Shown here piece after piece: positions 9,973-19,787 of a DNA stretch of 64,000 nt (positions are counted from its first letter, which is position 1; every line of letters starts with the position of its first letter). The notes under the pieces are model-generated. The model did not search any database. It worked only from the letters and a program-made list of their open reading frames with translations, and was not told the DNA's origin. The DNA lies in assembly GCA_963820825.1 (NCBI GenBank), contig CAWGBN010000001.1, positions 1-64,000 of the forward strand. Direction: 5' to 3'. The stretch is from Vulcanimicrobiota bacterium. GTDB taxonomy: Bacteria > Vulcanimicrobiota > Vulcanimicrobiia > Vulcanimicrobiales > Vulcanimicrobiaceae. The translations under genes and the position numbers were made by a program.

Positions 9973-10425
9973 TCAGGGTTGGCGCCGCTGTCGAAAGAAT
10001 TCCTGCAGCAGTGCTGCCGCTTCTGCCTCCATAACGCCGGCGGTCACCTCGAGCCGGTGGTTCGTCCTCGGCGACTGCAGGATATCGAAGGCTCCGCCAT
10101 CGGCGCCGCCCTTTGGATCGCGAGCCCCATAGACGAGCCGCTTGATCCGCGCGGCGATGATCGCGCCCGCGCACATAACGCACGGCTCCTTCGTTACGTA
10201 GATCGTCGCCTCGGAGAGGCGCCACGCCTCTAGGCGCTGCGCCGCCTCGCGTAACAGCAACATCTCCGCGTGCGCGGTGGGGTCGCGACGCACTTCTTTT
10301 TCGTTCTTCGCTTCGATGACCAGATCGCCGCTCACGAGGAGTGCGCCGACGGGAACGTCTCCCGCTCGCGCTGCTTCTTCTGCAAGCTCGAGTGCACGTC
10401 GCAAGCGGGTTTCGTCGTCAGTCAA
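9973..10425 (-). CDS. tadA: tRNA adenosine(34) deaminase
   Basis: DVPVGA, DPTAHAE, TKEPCVMCAGA, YGARDPKGG. Confidence 0.92.
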   Translation of the reverse strand: MTDDETRLRRALELAEEAARAGDVPVGALLVSGDLVIEAKNEKEVRRDPTAHAEMLLLREAAQRLEAWRLSEATIYVTKEPCVMCAGAIIAARIKRLVYGARDPKGGADGGAFDILQSPRTNHRLEVTAGVMEAEAAALLQEFFRQRRQP

Positions 10426-10429
10426 AATG

Positions 10430-10503
10430 CGCGCCCGGAGGGATTCGAACCCCCGATCCCAGCCTTCGGAGGGCTGTGCGTTATCCAGCTACGCTACGGG
10501 CGC
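10430..10503 (-). tRNA. tRNA-Arg(CCG)
   Basis: GCGCCCG acceptor, CAGCC-CT CCG AA-GGCTG anticodon arm, GTTCGAATC. Confidence 0.95.
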
Positions 10504-10518
10504 ACGAACGCAGCGCGT

Positions 10519-10755
10519 TCAACGCGGTGCGTCGGGCGGCGATCCCGCGCTGGGGATGTGCTTGAAGAGATCGAGCTTATGATCGACGAGCGTACGGTAG
10601 AACTTCCGCACGCAGTCGGGATGACCGAAGAAGTACGTCCGCGCATACGCGAGATCTTCACCGGAGCTGTCCGGGACGTAGTGCGAGATCTCGATCTCTT
10701 CCATCTGGCTTCGATCGACCGGATGGGGACAAAAATCGCACGGAATCGTAGACAT
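10519..10755 (-). CDS. small hypothetical protein with CxxC and HxxC
   Basis: 78-aa ORF co-oriented between two tRNAs; CDFC and HPDC; AGGTG upstream of ATG. Confidence 0.6.
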   Translation of the reverse strand: MSTIPCDFCPHPVDRSQMEEIEISHYVPDSSGEDLAYARTYFFGHPDCVRKFYRTLVDHKLDLFKHIPSAGSPPDAPR

Positions 10756-10783
10756 TGAGAAAACACCTAGCCTTTTTGGTTTT

Positions 10784-10855
10784 TGGCTCGGGTAGGACTT
10801 GAACCTACGACCAAGGGCTTATGAGTCCCCTGCTCTACCACTGAGCTACCGAGCC
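10784..10855 (-). tRNA. tRNA with CAT anticodon (elongator Met or Ile2)
   Basis: GGCTCGG/CCGAGCC acceptor, loop CT CAT AA, GTTCAAGTC; paired G1-C72 argues against initiator. Confidence 0.9.
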
Positions 10856-10884
10856 GTGGCCGCTAACGAGCGGTTCGACACCGC

Positions 10885-10914
10885 AGTATAACAGGACTAC
10901 GCGCCGGGGGACAA
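10885..10914 (-). promoter_or_regulatory. sigma70-type promoter for tRNA-CAT and downstream genes
   Basis: TTGTCC-N18-TATACT with extended TG. Confidence 0.6.
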
Positions 10915-10964
10915 CCGTTGCAGCGTCGTGCGTCGAATCGGCCGGCGGGCGGCACGAGAGAAAT

Positions 10965-11038
10965 CGCGGTCGGAGGGACTCGAACCCCCAGCCTACAAGT
11001 TCGTAGCCTGTTGCTCTATCCAATTGAGCTACGACCGC
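10965..11038 (-). tRNA. tRNA-Arg(ACG)
   Basis: GCGGTCG acceptor, ACAGG-CT ACG AA-CTTGT, GTTCGAGTC. Confidence 0.95.
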
Positions 11039-11096
11039 GCGCCCGCCCTCACTTTATCCGATGCGAGCGGCTCCCCTCCTTGGCCGGACGCCTTCG

Positions 11097-12524
11097 CTAG
11101 TCGGTATTCAGGATACCCGGCGACTCTTTTTCACGCAAGAAATACGCCTTGTCGCGGCTCGACGGAATCTGCTTGAACTTGATCGGGTTCTGCGAATAGT
11201 CGAAACAATCGATGATACTCGTCGCGCGCTTGTCGCTCGACGGTGGGCCCAAGACGCCGAGCTTCCAGTTGTCCTCGATGTACCGTAAGACGCTGCCGAA
11301 CTCGTACTGCGTCGTGGAAATATGCCCGGCACGAGCGTATGGTGAAATCACGATCGCGGGAACGCGGAATCCAAGGCCGCCGTAATCCTTGATCGGCGGC
11401 GCGTAGTTGTCGTAGAAGCCGCCCCAGTCGTCCCAAAGCACGACGATCGCCGTCGAGTTCCAAGACGAGCTCTCGCCAATCGCGTTGACGATGCTTGCCA
11501 CCCACGACGGACCGTTGTCTTGGCTGGTACCCGGATGGTCGGAGTTGTTCTCGATCGGAATCACCCAAGATACGGCCGGAAGCGAGTTGCTCGAAATGTC
11601 GTTGAAGATCGTCGTCTCGGGCCAGACCACGTTCGTGCCCCACTCCGGACCGTTGCGGACCGGCCAGATGACGTCGAAAGCGTTCATCAGCTTACCGAAG
11701 TTCGTGCTCTTCGGCGGGACGTAATATTTCCACGAAACGTGGTGCGCGTCGAGCAGATCGCGCAGCGTTAGGTACTTCGTCTTAAAGTCTTTCGTGCACG
11801 GAAACGGCCCCAGCGTACGGAGGTACTGATTGCCGGCGGTGATGAGGTGCGTTCGAGCGCCCGGCGACGCGTCGCATCCCCACATGCAGCCCACCGAGCA
11901 GCCCGGCAGATCGACCATCGCTCGATTCGGCTCGACGACCGTGTCGCCGGCGATCAGATCTTGATGTGCGGTGAAACTATCGCTGCCCTGGGTCGTGAGC
12001 ATGTGCTCGGCCAGCGTGTATTGCTCGGCCATGTCCCAATAGGGTTGGATCTGCATCGGGTCGGTGTACTGGTACGGTACGCGGCACTCGGCGGCACCCT
12101 TGCCCGCGTCGAAGTGGACCTGGTCGAATCCATCCATCTTTCCGCCGTCGTACGCGATGGCGTACCCCCTGTACGAATGATTGGTATCTTGTGGATCGAC
12201 CAGTGGACTCTTCGTCAATGCGATCGTCCCGTTGTGGCGGATCTTCGGTTTGCAGCTCGTGTTCTTAACGACCCTGCCGGTCGTGGTCCCGTCGGCTCCG
12301 GGAAAGGTCGCAAAGAAATCGTTGAACGTGCGATTCTCCTGCACGATGATGACGACGTGCTGAATAGGACTCGACGAGCTCCCCGAATCCCCTTGCGACG
12401 TGCGCGGTACGCTCGTAAGCGACGCGCCGCCGCCGTTACACGCCGCCAAGAGCGCGGCAGCCAAAATGAAACCGGAGACGCGCCTACAAGCCGAGATCCT
12501 CACCGTTGCGCCTCCCATACTCAT
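11097..12524 (-). CDS. phosphoesterase / phospholipase C family lipoprotein
   Basis: Lipobox [40 protein letters not shown]. Confidence 0.9.
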   Translation of the reverse strand: MSMGGATVRISACRRVSGFILAAALLAACNGGGASLTSVPRTSQGDSGSSSSPIQHVVIIVQENRTFNDFFATFPGADGTTTGRVVKNTSCKPKIRHNGTIALTKSPLVDPQDTNHSYRGYAIAYDGGKMDGFDQVHFDAGKGAAECRVPYQYTDPMQIQPYWDMAEQYTLAEHMLTTQGSDSFTAHQDLIAGDTVVEPNRAMVDLPGCSVGCMWGCDASPGARTHLITAGNQYLRTLGPFPCTKDFKTKYLTLRDLLDAHHVSWKYYVPPKSTNFGKLMNAFDVIWPVRNGPEWGTNVVWPETTIFNDISSNSLPAVSWVIPIENNSDHPGTSQDNGPSWVASIVNAIGESSSWNSTAIVVLWDDWGGFYDNYAPPIKDYGGLGFRVPAIVISPYARAGHISTTQYEFGSVLRYIEDNWKLGVLGPPSSDKRATSIIDCFDYSQNPIKFKQIPSSRDKAYFLREKESPGILNTD

Positions 12525-12544
12525 CGTTACGTCGTCCAGATCCT

Positions 12545-12634
12545 CGGAGAGAGAGGGATTCGAACCCTCGATACGACTTTACATCGTATAACGGTTTAGC
12601 AAACCGCCGCCTTCAGCCGCTCGGCCATCTCTCC
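12545..12634 (-). tRNA. tRNA-Ser(GCT)
   Basis: GGAGAGA acceptor, GCGGT-TT GCT AA-ACCGT, long variable arm. Confidence 0.95.
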
Positions 12635-12704
12635 ACCCGGCGACTAGCTCTCGGTTTGCTCACAGGGGCCCGCGGCCCTTTGGAGCGACGCGCCGGCCGA
12701 TCCG

Positions 12705-12992
12705 CTAATCCGAGATGCGAAAGAGCTCCTGGAAAGCGACTCGCTGAAGAATGCGCCGAATAGGCGGCTGCACGCCGGTGAGCGTCACGCCCCACGCTTC
12801 GAATCGGGAATGCAGCGTGACGAGCGCGTAAAGAAATGACGAGTCCACAAACGTGACGTTCGTCATATCGATGACGGCGGGACCGTCGGCACTGAGCGCG
12901 CCGAAGATGCTCGAAAGCTCGGCGCTACGGCTGAGGTCGTACTCTCCGGCGAGTTCGACCCGGTGTCGAGACCCCTGGCCCTCGTCTATCAT
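12705..12992 (-). CDS. STAS domain protein (anti-sigma factor antagonist)
   Basis: ELAGEYDL..VIDMTNVTFVDSS..LTGVQPPIRRIL; start at ATG 12992. Confidence 0.85.
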   Translation of the reverse strand: MIDEGQGSRHRVELAGEYDLSRSAELSSIFGALSADGPAVIDMTNVTFVDSSFLYALVTLHSRFEAWGVTLTGVQPPIRRILQRVAFQELFRISD

Positions 12993-13063
12993 GCGCAGAG
13001 CGTACACGCCGCGCCTGGCGGCTGTCCTGAAGATACCCTGGGAAGATGGCGAGCATTTGCCCG

Positions 13064-13603
13064 CTACGGCGGCGCGGTGGGGCGCTCGAGCGGCGGTTCC
13101 GGAACGACCTCCGCGACGACGGCCCGGCGGCGCGGTGCCCGCGGACGGCGCAAGCCGTCGAGCCCAGCAACGCGACCGGTCGGTAAGACCAGGCTTACGG
13201 CCGAGAGCAGCGCGATGCACGCATCCACGGTTCCCCAACCGCTCACCGAGGTCAAGGCTCCGCGCGCGGCCATATAGTTGAGCGGGAGAACCACCCCGAT
13301 CAGCGCGCCGACTCGAGAGAAGAGCCCAAAAAAGAGTGAGATACCGGCAACGAGCTCGCCCACGCGCACGAGCTCGGCGAAGAGTGCCGCGTTGGGCGCG
13401 ACGACGTTCGCGAGAAAATCGTGATACGGGCCGGCCGTCTTGGCCAGGCCGTTTTGCAGGTACATCGCAAACGCCCCGTTGGGCGGCAAGAAGGCCGCGC
13501 CGTTGATAAACTTCGGGATCGCGTGAATCAACCAGATTGCGCCGGTGAGCATCCGCGCAATCGCGAGCCATCCTCCGTACGTCCGCGGCGACGGTAGGTT
13601 CAT
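13064..13603 (-). CDS. DoxX/DoxD family membrane protein
   Basis: ARMLTGAIWL..K, GELVAGISLFFGLFSR, GLDG; several TM helices. Confidence 0.75.
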   Translation of the reverse strand: MNLPSPRTYGGWLAIARMLTGAIWLIHAIPKFINGAAFLPPNGAFAMYLQNGLAKTAGPYHDFLANVVAPNAALFAELVRVGELVAGISLFFGLFSRVGALIGVVLPLNYMAARGALTSVSGWGTVDACIALLSAVSLVLPTGRVAGLDGLRRPRAPRRRAVVAEVVPEPPLERPTAPP

Positions 13604-14736
13604 GCAACGACCTCCTTTGGCGCGTGAACGAGGCTCGCAATCATAGCGGCGGCTTCCGCGGCGGCGTGCGGACGCGCCAACCGGCGCGCGCCGGCGAGCA
13701 TCCGCTCGCGCACGCCGCGGTCGGCGAGCACGCTCTCGACGATCGATGGGAGATCGTCGAACCGCCGGGTCCGCAACGCGGCGCCTGCTTCCAGGAGTAC
13801 TCGTGCATTACGCTCTTCTTGCCCGGGTAGGGGTTTGCACAAAACGAGCGGGACCTGCGCGACCAAGGCCTCGGCCGTCGTCAGGCCGCCAGGTTTGGTG
13901 ACGAGCACGTCGGCGGCGTGCATATAGTCGTAGACGTTCTCAACGAAGCCGAGCGCGCGCACCGGATATTCGACGCTTTCGGCAACTTCTTTGAGCCGCG
14001 GTCCGATCCGCGCGTTCCGTCCGGCGATCGCGACGGCGGCCAGTGGTGCCCGAATCGCACGCAGCGTGCTCAAGATTCGCTCGACCGGAGCGATGCCGAG
14101 ACCTCCGCCCATCAGCAAGACGACGTACCGGTCGCGCGGCAGATCGAGACGTTCGCGCAATGCGTCGCGCGGCTCGGAGAATGCGGCGAACTCTCGGCGA
14201 ACCGGAATTCCGGTAACAACAATTGACGACTCGCGAACGCCGCGCGCGGTGAGACTCGCACGTAACGTCTCAGTCGCGATGACGTACCGATCGATGTTTT
14301 CGTGGATCCAAAATCCGTGAACGGCAAAGTCGGTGACGATCGCAACGACGGGCGGTGCATCGTCATAAAGATGCTTATACTCGGCCATCGCCCCGCATGG
14401 AAAGGCGTGCGTGCATACGACGACGTCGGGACGCACGCGTTCCATCAGCGGCCGCAAGTTGCTCGCGGTGAACTGGTGCGCCCAGGTTCGGAACCGGCCT
14501 ACTTCGGTGGCCCGTTCCGCCCGCGCGTAAATATAGCGATAGAGCTGCGGGATCGTCTTGACCATGCGCAGGTAGCCGTCCGATACAACGCGCGCGAGGA
14601 CGAGTGCCGCGTACTCGTACGAATCGACGACGCTCGTCTCGGCCTGCGGTTCGATCGAGCGCAGCGCGCCGGCTACGGCATTCGCCGCCGAAGTGTGACC
14701 GACGCCGACGCTGGCCGAGAGAAAGAGGACGCGAAT
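13600..14736 (-). CDS. MGDG synthase / UgtP-like diacylglycerol glycosyltransferase (GT28)
   Basis: N-terminal LFLSASVGVGH, VVCTHAFP, TKPGGLT, PLPGQEERN; family-like sequence extends upstream of ATG 14565 to an ATT at 14736. Confidence 0.88.
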   Translation of the reverse strand: MRVLFLSASVGVGHTSAANAVAGALRSIEPQAETSVVDSYEYAALVLARVVSDGYLRMVKTIPQLYRYIYARAERATEVGRFRTWAHQFTASNLRPLMERVRPDVVVCTHAFPCGAMAEYKHLYDDAPPVVAIVTDFAVHGFWIHENIDRYVIATETLRASLTARGVRESSIVVTGIPVRREFAAFSEPRDALRERLDLPRDRYVVLLMGGGLGIAPVERILSTLRAIRAPLAAVAIAGRNARIGPRLKEVAESVEYPVRALGFVENVYDYMHAADVLVTKPGGLTTAEALVAQVPLVLCKPLPGQEERNARVLLEAGAALRTRRFDDLPSIVESVLADRGVRERMLAGARRLARPHAAAEAAAMIASLVHAPKEVVA

Positions 14737-15044
14737 TAGCCCGGCTCTCCGTTCTGACCGGCGCGATCCTCGTCTTCTTCCGCGAAGGCTAAGAAATCGT
14801 CGAGAATCTCTTGGGCCAAAACGTCGTCCTCGAGCAGCTTCCCGGCCGCGTCGGTGACGACGAACTCGTCATCTTCGTCCGTGTTGCGACGAAGCACGGC
14901 GTACGATGCTCCTTCGTCGGCATCTTCGAGGATGCCGACGACCTCGAACGGCAGCGACCGTCCGTCGTCGGTCTCGATATAGAGCGTTTCGCTCAGTTCG
15001 AGAGGGCCTTGTTGGGTCTCGCCCTCGCCATTCGACGTGGTCAT
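14736..15044 (-). CDS. DUF1292-like acidic protein
   Basis: Acidic 102-aa ORF (YIETDDGRSLPFEVVGILED..YAVL) next to ruvX and mltG as in Firmicutes. Confidence 0.65.
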   Translation of the reverse strand: MTTSNGEGETQQGPLELSETLYIETDDGRSLPFEVVGILEDADEGASYAVLRRNTDEDDEFVVTDAAGKLLEDDVLAQEILDDFLAFAEEDEDRAGQNGEPG

Positions 15045-15066
15045 CGAAGCCTTTCCTTCCAGCGGG

Positions 15067-16062
15067 TCAGTAGAGACAGCGCGCGACGTTCGCCTGGTGC
15101 CCGGCGAGCGTCTTTGCAAAAACGTGGCGCCCGTTCCCGCAGTACACGTAGTACAGATACTCGCCCTTCGACGGATGGAGTGCGGCCTCCAGCGACGGCA
15201 AGCCGGGATTTGCAATCGGGGTCGGCGGCAGCCCGACGCGCAAGTACGTATTGTACGGTGAGTCGATCCGCAGGTCGGAAAAACTCAGCCGGCTCTTGTG
15301 CTTGGGGAGTGCATACTCGATGGTCGCATCCACCTGCAGCGGCATGCGCAAGCGCAGCCGATTGTAGATCACTTCGGCAATCCGCGGGCGGTCGATCTCG
15401 CTCTTGGCTTCGCGCTCTACGAGCGATGCCACCGTGACCGCCTGCGGTACGGTCACGTGCAGGGTCCGTGCCCGGCTCTGCGCGTGGCTCGGAAGTTCTT
15501 TGAAGAACTCGGAGATCATCAGATCCGCAACCTGATCGGGCGATGCGTCGAGCGGGACGAGATAGGTGCTCGGAAAGAGAAAGCCTTCGAGATTCACCGT
15601 CGGCGTACCGTCGACGACGAGCCGGCGATGCATGAACGCGCGAACGAACTGCTCCGACGAGCCGACTCCGGTGCTCTGCAGACGCGCGCCGATTTGGGTC
15701 GCGGTGAAGCCCTCGGGAATCGTCACCCAGGTCGCGACCTGCGCGCCGCCGGTGACGAGGGCTTGCAGAATCTCGCTCTGCGTCTGATGCGCGGGGAAGC
15801 GGTACTCGCCCGCGCGCACCGCCGACTCCTCGTTGCGAAGGCGCGCGAGGATCCGAAAACTCGCGACGTTGCTGATGACTCCTGCGGCGGCGAGTTGACG
15901 GGCGACGGCGCTGAAGGTCGCTCCGCGATCGACCACGATCTCGCTCGCTGCTGCCGGGCGCGAGCGATCGCGGTAGACTGCATACCACAGTGCAGCGGCC
16001 GCGAGGCCGGCAAGGAGGACGACGAGCGTTGCGACCAACGCGCCGTACCGCAGCGTCCTCAC
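15067..16062 (-). CDS. mltG: endolytic transglycosylase MltG
   Basis: TIPEG, LEGFLFPSTY, ASLVEREA, LQVDAT, SPYNTY, GLPPTPIANPG. Confidence 0.95.
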   Translation of the reverse strand: MRTLRYGALVATLVVLLAGLAAAALWYAVYRDRSRPAAASEIVVDRGATFSAVARQLAAAGVISNVASFRILARLRNEESAVRAGEYRFPAHQTQSEILQALVTGGAQVATWVTIPEGFTATQIGARLQSTGVGSSEQFVRAFMHRRLVVDGTPTVNLEGFLFPSTYLVPLDASPDQVADLMISEFFKELPSHAQSRARTLHVTVPQAVTVASLVEREAKSEIDRPRIAEVIYNRLRLRMPLQVDATIEYALPKHKSRLSFSDLRIDSPYNTYLRVGLPPTPIANPGLPSLEAALHPSKGEYLYYVYCGNGRHVFAKTLAGHQANVARCLY

Positions 16063-16481
16063 GCGCGCGGCTCGTTTCGCCGCCGCGCGAGAAACGATTC
16101 CAGGATTAACGCGGCCGCCATCCGGTCGACGATCGCCCGCCGCTTCGCTCGCGAAACGTCGGCCGCGATGAGGCTCTTAGTAGCCTGCGCGGTTGTGAGC
16201 CGCTCGTCGACGCGATGAACCGTCCCCGCGAAGATCGCGCCTAAATCCTCGACGAATCCGTCCATCGCATGCGCGGCGATGCCGCGCTCGCCGCTCAGCG
16301 TGAGCGGATCGCCGACGACGAGCTCGTCGACCGCATACGAATCGAGATACTCCTTGATTGCAGCGAGGTCGTCGCGGCGGTTCTTCCGGGTCAGGGTGGC
16401 GACCGGAAGTGCGAACGTGCCGCTCGGGTCGCTCACCGCGATGCCGATGCGTTTACTGCCGACGTCGAGCGCCATGATCAC
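16059..16481 (-). CDS. ruvX: YqgF/RuvX nuclease
   Basis: ALDVGSKRIGIAVSD, VDERLTT, VDRMAAALIL. Confidence 0.93.
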   Translation of the reverse strand: MIMALDVGSKRIGIAVSDPSGTFALPVATLTRKNRRDDLAAIKEYLDSYAVDELVVGDPLTLSGERGIAAHAMDGFVEDLGAIFAGTVHRVDERLTTAQATKSLIAADVSRAKRRAIVDRMAAALILESFLARRRNEPRA

Positions 16482-16484
16482 CGG

Positions 16485-17228
16485 CTACGCCCCCAGCGCC
16501 GCGAGATGCGCGAGGGCCTTCGGCCGCTTGCCGAGATGGTGGGCGACCAGCTCCTCGGCGGCCGCGGCGGCCCGGGGCCTCGCCATCACCGCCGCCGCAC
16601 CGTCGCCTTTTGCGCGGGCGAGTGCCCGCAGGTTCTCGACGTCCTCACGGTCGAGCTCGGGGAGGTCTTGCCAGCGCTCCCGGCAGGCCTCGTCGACGAG
16701 TCCACCCGCCTGCGCATCGAGACGCACCGGGGCGAACCCCAGCGGGGCGCCGCAGCGAACGCACTGCTCGAGCGGAGGGGCCAAGCCGAGCATCTCGAGC
16801 AGTCGTAGCGAGAAGCGCGGGAGCAGGTTTCGGGGTGCCGCCGACGCAGCGACGGCCGCGATCGCGCCGACGAGCAGTGCGTAGACGTCGGGCAGGGCGA
16901 GGTCGGGCTCGCAGAAGGCGTCGACCAGCTCCGCCAAGAGGGCCGCGACGGCGTAGCGCTGCGGCTCGACGAGCGCCGTCCAGTGGGCGCTCCGGATCTC
17001 TGCCGAGACGATGACGTCGAGCGAGCGCCCCCGATGCATGAGGAAGTCGCACTCGTTGAACGCCTCGACGCGCCCGGCGAGGTGGCTGCGGGGACGACGG
17101 ACGCCCTTGGCGACCGCATCGAGCTTCCCGCTCTCGAGCGTAAAGAGCGTGATGATTCGGTCGGCTTCGCCGAGCTGCCGTCCGCGTAAGACCACGCCCC
17201 GCGTCTTATAGGCGCGCGGCTGCGTCAG
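16485..17228 (-). CDS. recO: DNA repair protein RecO
   Basis: GVVLR..GEADRIITLFT..GKLDAVAKGVR, CVRCG; start uncertain, CTG at 17228 proposed. Confidence 0.92.
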   Translation of the reverse strand: MTQPRAYKTRGVVLRGRQLGEADRIITLFTLESGKLDAVAKGVRRPRSHLAGRVEAFNECDFLMHRGRSLDVIVSAEIRSAHWTALVEPQRYAVAALLAELVDAFCEPDLALPDVYALLVGAIAAVAASAAPRNLLPRFSLRLLEMLGLAPPLEQCVRCGAPLGFAPVRLDAQAGGLVDEACRERWQDLPELDREDVENLRALARAKGDGAAAVMARPRAAAAAEELVAHHLGKRPKALAHLAALGA

Positions 17229-18552
17229 TCTCCTCCGATTCCTGTCTTTGTTCGAGGCTGCCGTTGGTGTAGACGCGCACCGCGAGAATCCGGCGTCCGC
17301 GCGTGCGGTCGACTCGCAGTCGCGTGTGGTCGGCAGCGTCGATCTCCTCGCCCTCGTTGGGAAGGCGGCCGAAGAGTCCGACGGTGTAGCCACCGATCGT
17401 CTCAAAGTCTTCGGTCGGAAGCTGCGTCCCGAGCTTTGCGTTGACGTCCTCGATGTTCGTGCCGGCCTCGACCACCGCTTCGTTTTCGGAGATCACCGAG
17501 ATCGACTCTTGCTCGTCGACATCGTGCTCGTCGCGAATCTCCCCGACGATCTCTTCGAGCAGATCCTCCATGGTGACCAAGCCCGCGGTTCCGCCGTATT
17601 CGTCGACGACGATCGCGAGCGAGAACTTGTCGCGCTGCATCTCGCGGAGCAGATCGGCGATCTTCTTCGTCTCCGGGACGTGCACGACCAGGCGCATGAG
17701 CGCGCGAACGCTCGTGTGCGCGAGCGAACCGTTGGCGAGCGCAATGAGGAGCTCGCGATCGTGAACGACGCCGACGATGTCGTCTTTCGACTCCTGGTAG
17801 ACCGGGAGCTTCGAGTAGCCTTCCGCGATCACGACGTCCAACGCACGCCGCGGCGAATCCTCGACGGAGACCGCAACCATCTCCGGACGCGGCTTCATCA
17901 CCTCACGGACGATGGTATCGCCGAACTCCATCACCGAATGGATCAGCTCGCGCTCTTGCTCTTCGATGACCCGCTGCTCGGCGCCGACGTTGACGAGCGT
18001 GCGAATATCCTCCTCGGTGACGAACGGACGATGGGCGTGCTTGATGCCGAAGAGACGCAGAATGAGATCGGTCATCACCTCGAACGTGCGCGCGATCGGC
18101 GTCAGCACGTAGGCGACGTACCGCATCGGCAGCGCGAGCCTCAGCGCCCAGCGCTCGCTGTCGCCGGTCGCAATCGTCTTTGGAATGATCTCGCCGAACA
18201 GCAAGAAGATGATCGCCATGACGATCGTCGAGAGCACCGCGCCCGACGGGATGCCCATCGTGAGGGCGATGTAGGTGGCCAGCGAGTCGGCCGCGAGCAG
18301 CACGATCGTGTTCCCGACCAGAATTGCGGTCAGGAAGCGGGTCTTGTCGTCGACGATCTGCTCGAGGTTCCGGCCGCCGCGTACCCGCCGTTCGGCGATC
18401 GACCGTGCACGCAGGCGCGAGATCGAGACCAGAGCCGACTCCGAGGCGGCAAAGAAGCCCGCCAGCAGGACGAGCACGACGAGCACAACGAGCTTGAAGG
18501 CGAGACCTTCGGGAGTACTTGGCGCAGGGTCGGTGTTCAAGTTCGGCGCCAT
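17206..18552 (-). CDS. hemolysin / CNNM-CBS-CorC family protein
   Basis: [57 protein letters not shown]. Confidence 0.93.
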   Translation of the reverse strand: MAPNLNTDPAPSTPEGLAFKLVVLVVLVLLAGFFAASESALVSISRLRARSIAERRVRGGRNLEQIVDDKTRFLTAILVGNTIVLLAADSLATYIALTMGIPSGAVLSTIVMAIIFLLFGEIIPKTIATGDSERWALRLALPMRYVAYVLTPIARTFEVMTDLILRLFGIKHAHRPFVTEEDIRTLVNVGAEQRVIEEQERELIHSVMEFGDTIVREVMKPRPEMVAVSVEDSPRRALDVVIAEGYSKLPVYQESKDDIVGVVHDRELLIALANGSLAHTSVRALMRLVVHVPETKKIADLLREMQRDKFSLAIVVDEYGGTAGLVTMEDLLEEIVGEIRDEHDVDEQESISVISENEAVVEAGTNIEDVNAKLGTQLPTEDFETIGGYTVGLFGRLPNEGEEIDAADHTRLRVDRTRGRRILAVRVYTNGSLEQRQESEETDAAARL

Positions 18553-19341
18553 TATAGCATAACGTGCGGCCGCACCAGCAGGTAGATCGCCAGGGCGGCG
18601 AGCGTGCCGAGCATGGCTCCCCAGAAGACCTCGTACGGCCGATGGATGCGCGCCTCGACCCGGCTCTGTGCGACCAAGAATGCGCCGAAGTAGGCCAGAA
18701 TCGCGGCGAGCGGCTTCTGGTAAAAGAGCGCCAGCATCGTCGCGACGGCGAACGCGAGGGCCGAGTGACCCGAGACGGCGCCCCCTTGCAACGCCGAACC
18801 GCGGCCGACCCAGGCCTTGGCGAAGACCGCCGCGATCGCGACGACCACCAGCGAGATCAGCGCGACGTTCGCCGGCACCGACTGCACGGCAGCAAAGACG
18901 CTGGCACCGCCGCTCAAGATCCCTTGATAGAAGATTAGATAGGCACAGAAGGGCGGCGCCGATCGCCGCAATCAGTACCGCGCCCGCGGCGGCGTCCTTC
19001 GCGCTCTTTGCCAGCGGATGGTGGGCGACGGTGAGCAGGTCGACGATCGCCTCGATCGCCGTATTCATCAGTTCGAGGCTGAGGACGAGTGCGATCAGCG
19101 TGATCGTCGCGACGACGTAGTAGCGGTCGAGCCGTAAGACGAGCGTGGCCAACAGCACCAGCGCGGCGATGAGAAAATGCACGCGCATGTTCGGCTCGGT
19201 GCGCGTGGCGTAGATAATGCCCTCGAACGCGTGGTGAAAGGAGCGCAGGAACCGGTGGCGCTCAATCGGGAGATAGTGCGGCGGGTTTGCGCGCGGCGCA
19301 GCCGCGGGACGCTTGCCGCGCTCGTCGGCGGGATGATGCAT
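18552..19341 (-). CDS. dgkA: diacylglycerol/undecaprenol kinase with PAP2-like C-terminus, frameshift near 18950
   Basis: SFHHAFEGI, ELMNTAIEAIVD, AKDAAAGAVL; second frame has SGHSALAF and SRVEARIH. Confidence 0.85.
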
Positions 19342-19787
19342 CAGCGGCTCGCCCGGTACGGCCAGGGAAGATCGATCGCGGCGGCAAGACGCCGCTCTTC
19401 TCGCCGCATCACACTTGCCTGCGAGGCCTGGATATGATCGTGGCCGGTGAGATGGAGCAGTCCGTGGATCAACAACCGGTAGAGCTCGCGTTGCAGCGTT
19501 GCGTCGTACTCCGCGGCTTGGCGGCGCGCCGTATCGATCGAGATCACAACGTCGCCGAGCATTCGCTCCGGCGCGATGGTATCTTCCAGCGGGAAACTCA
19601 AGACGTCGGTCGCGGCATCCCGACCGCGGTACTGATGGTTGAGCGAACGAATCGCATCGTCGCCTACCAGTGAGAGCGATAATGCGGCTCCATCCTCGCC
19701 GATCGCCGCGAGCAGCCGGTGCGCGGTCGCAACGAGGGCGCGGCCGTCGACGCCGCTGCGCCGTACGTCGTTGCGGTAATAGATCAC
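19341..19787 (-). CDS. ybeY: rRNA maturation endoribonuclease YbeY
   Basis: TDVLSFP, LGDVVIS, HGLLHLTGHDH. Confidence 0.95.
   Translation of the reverse strand: MIYYRNDVRRSGVDGRALVATAHRLLAAIGEDGAALSLSLVGDDAIRSLNHQYRGRDAATDVLSFPLEDTIAPERMLGDVVISIDTARRQAAEYDATLQRELYRLLIHGLLHLTGHDHIQASQASVMRREERRLAAAIDLPWPYRASR

Noticed and set aside
9880..12634. Prophage or island integrated at a tRNA
   Set aside because: No integrase and no duplicated tRNA 3' end seen in the window.
17206..19341. 711-aa kinase-hemolysin fusion in the ORF track
   Set aside because: It results from an indel near 18950; the proper PAP2-like C-terminus is in another frame and ends where the hemolysin ATG begins.
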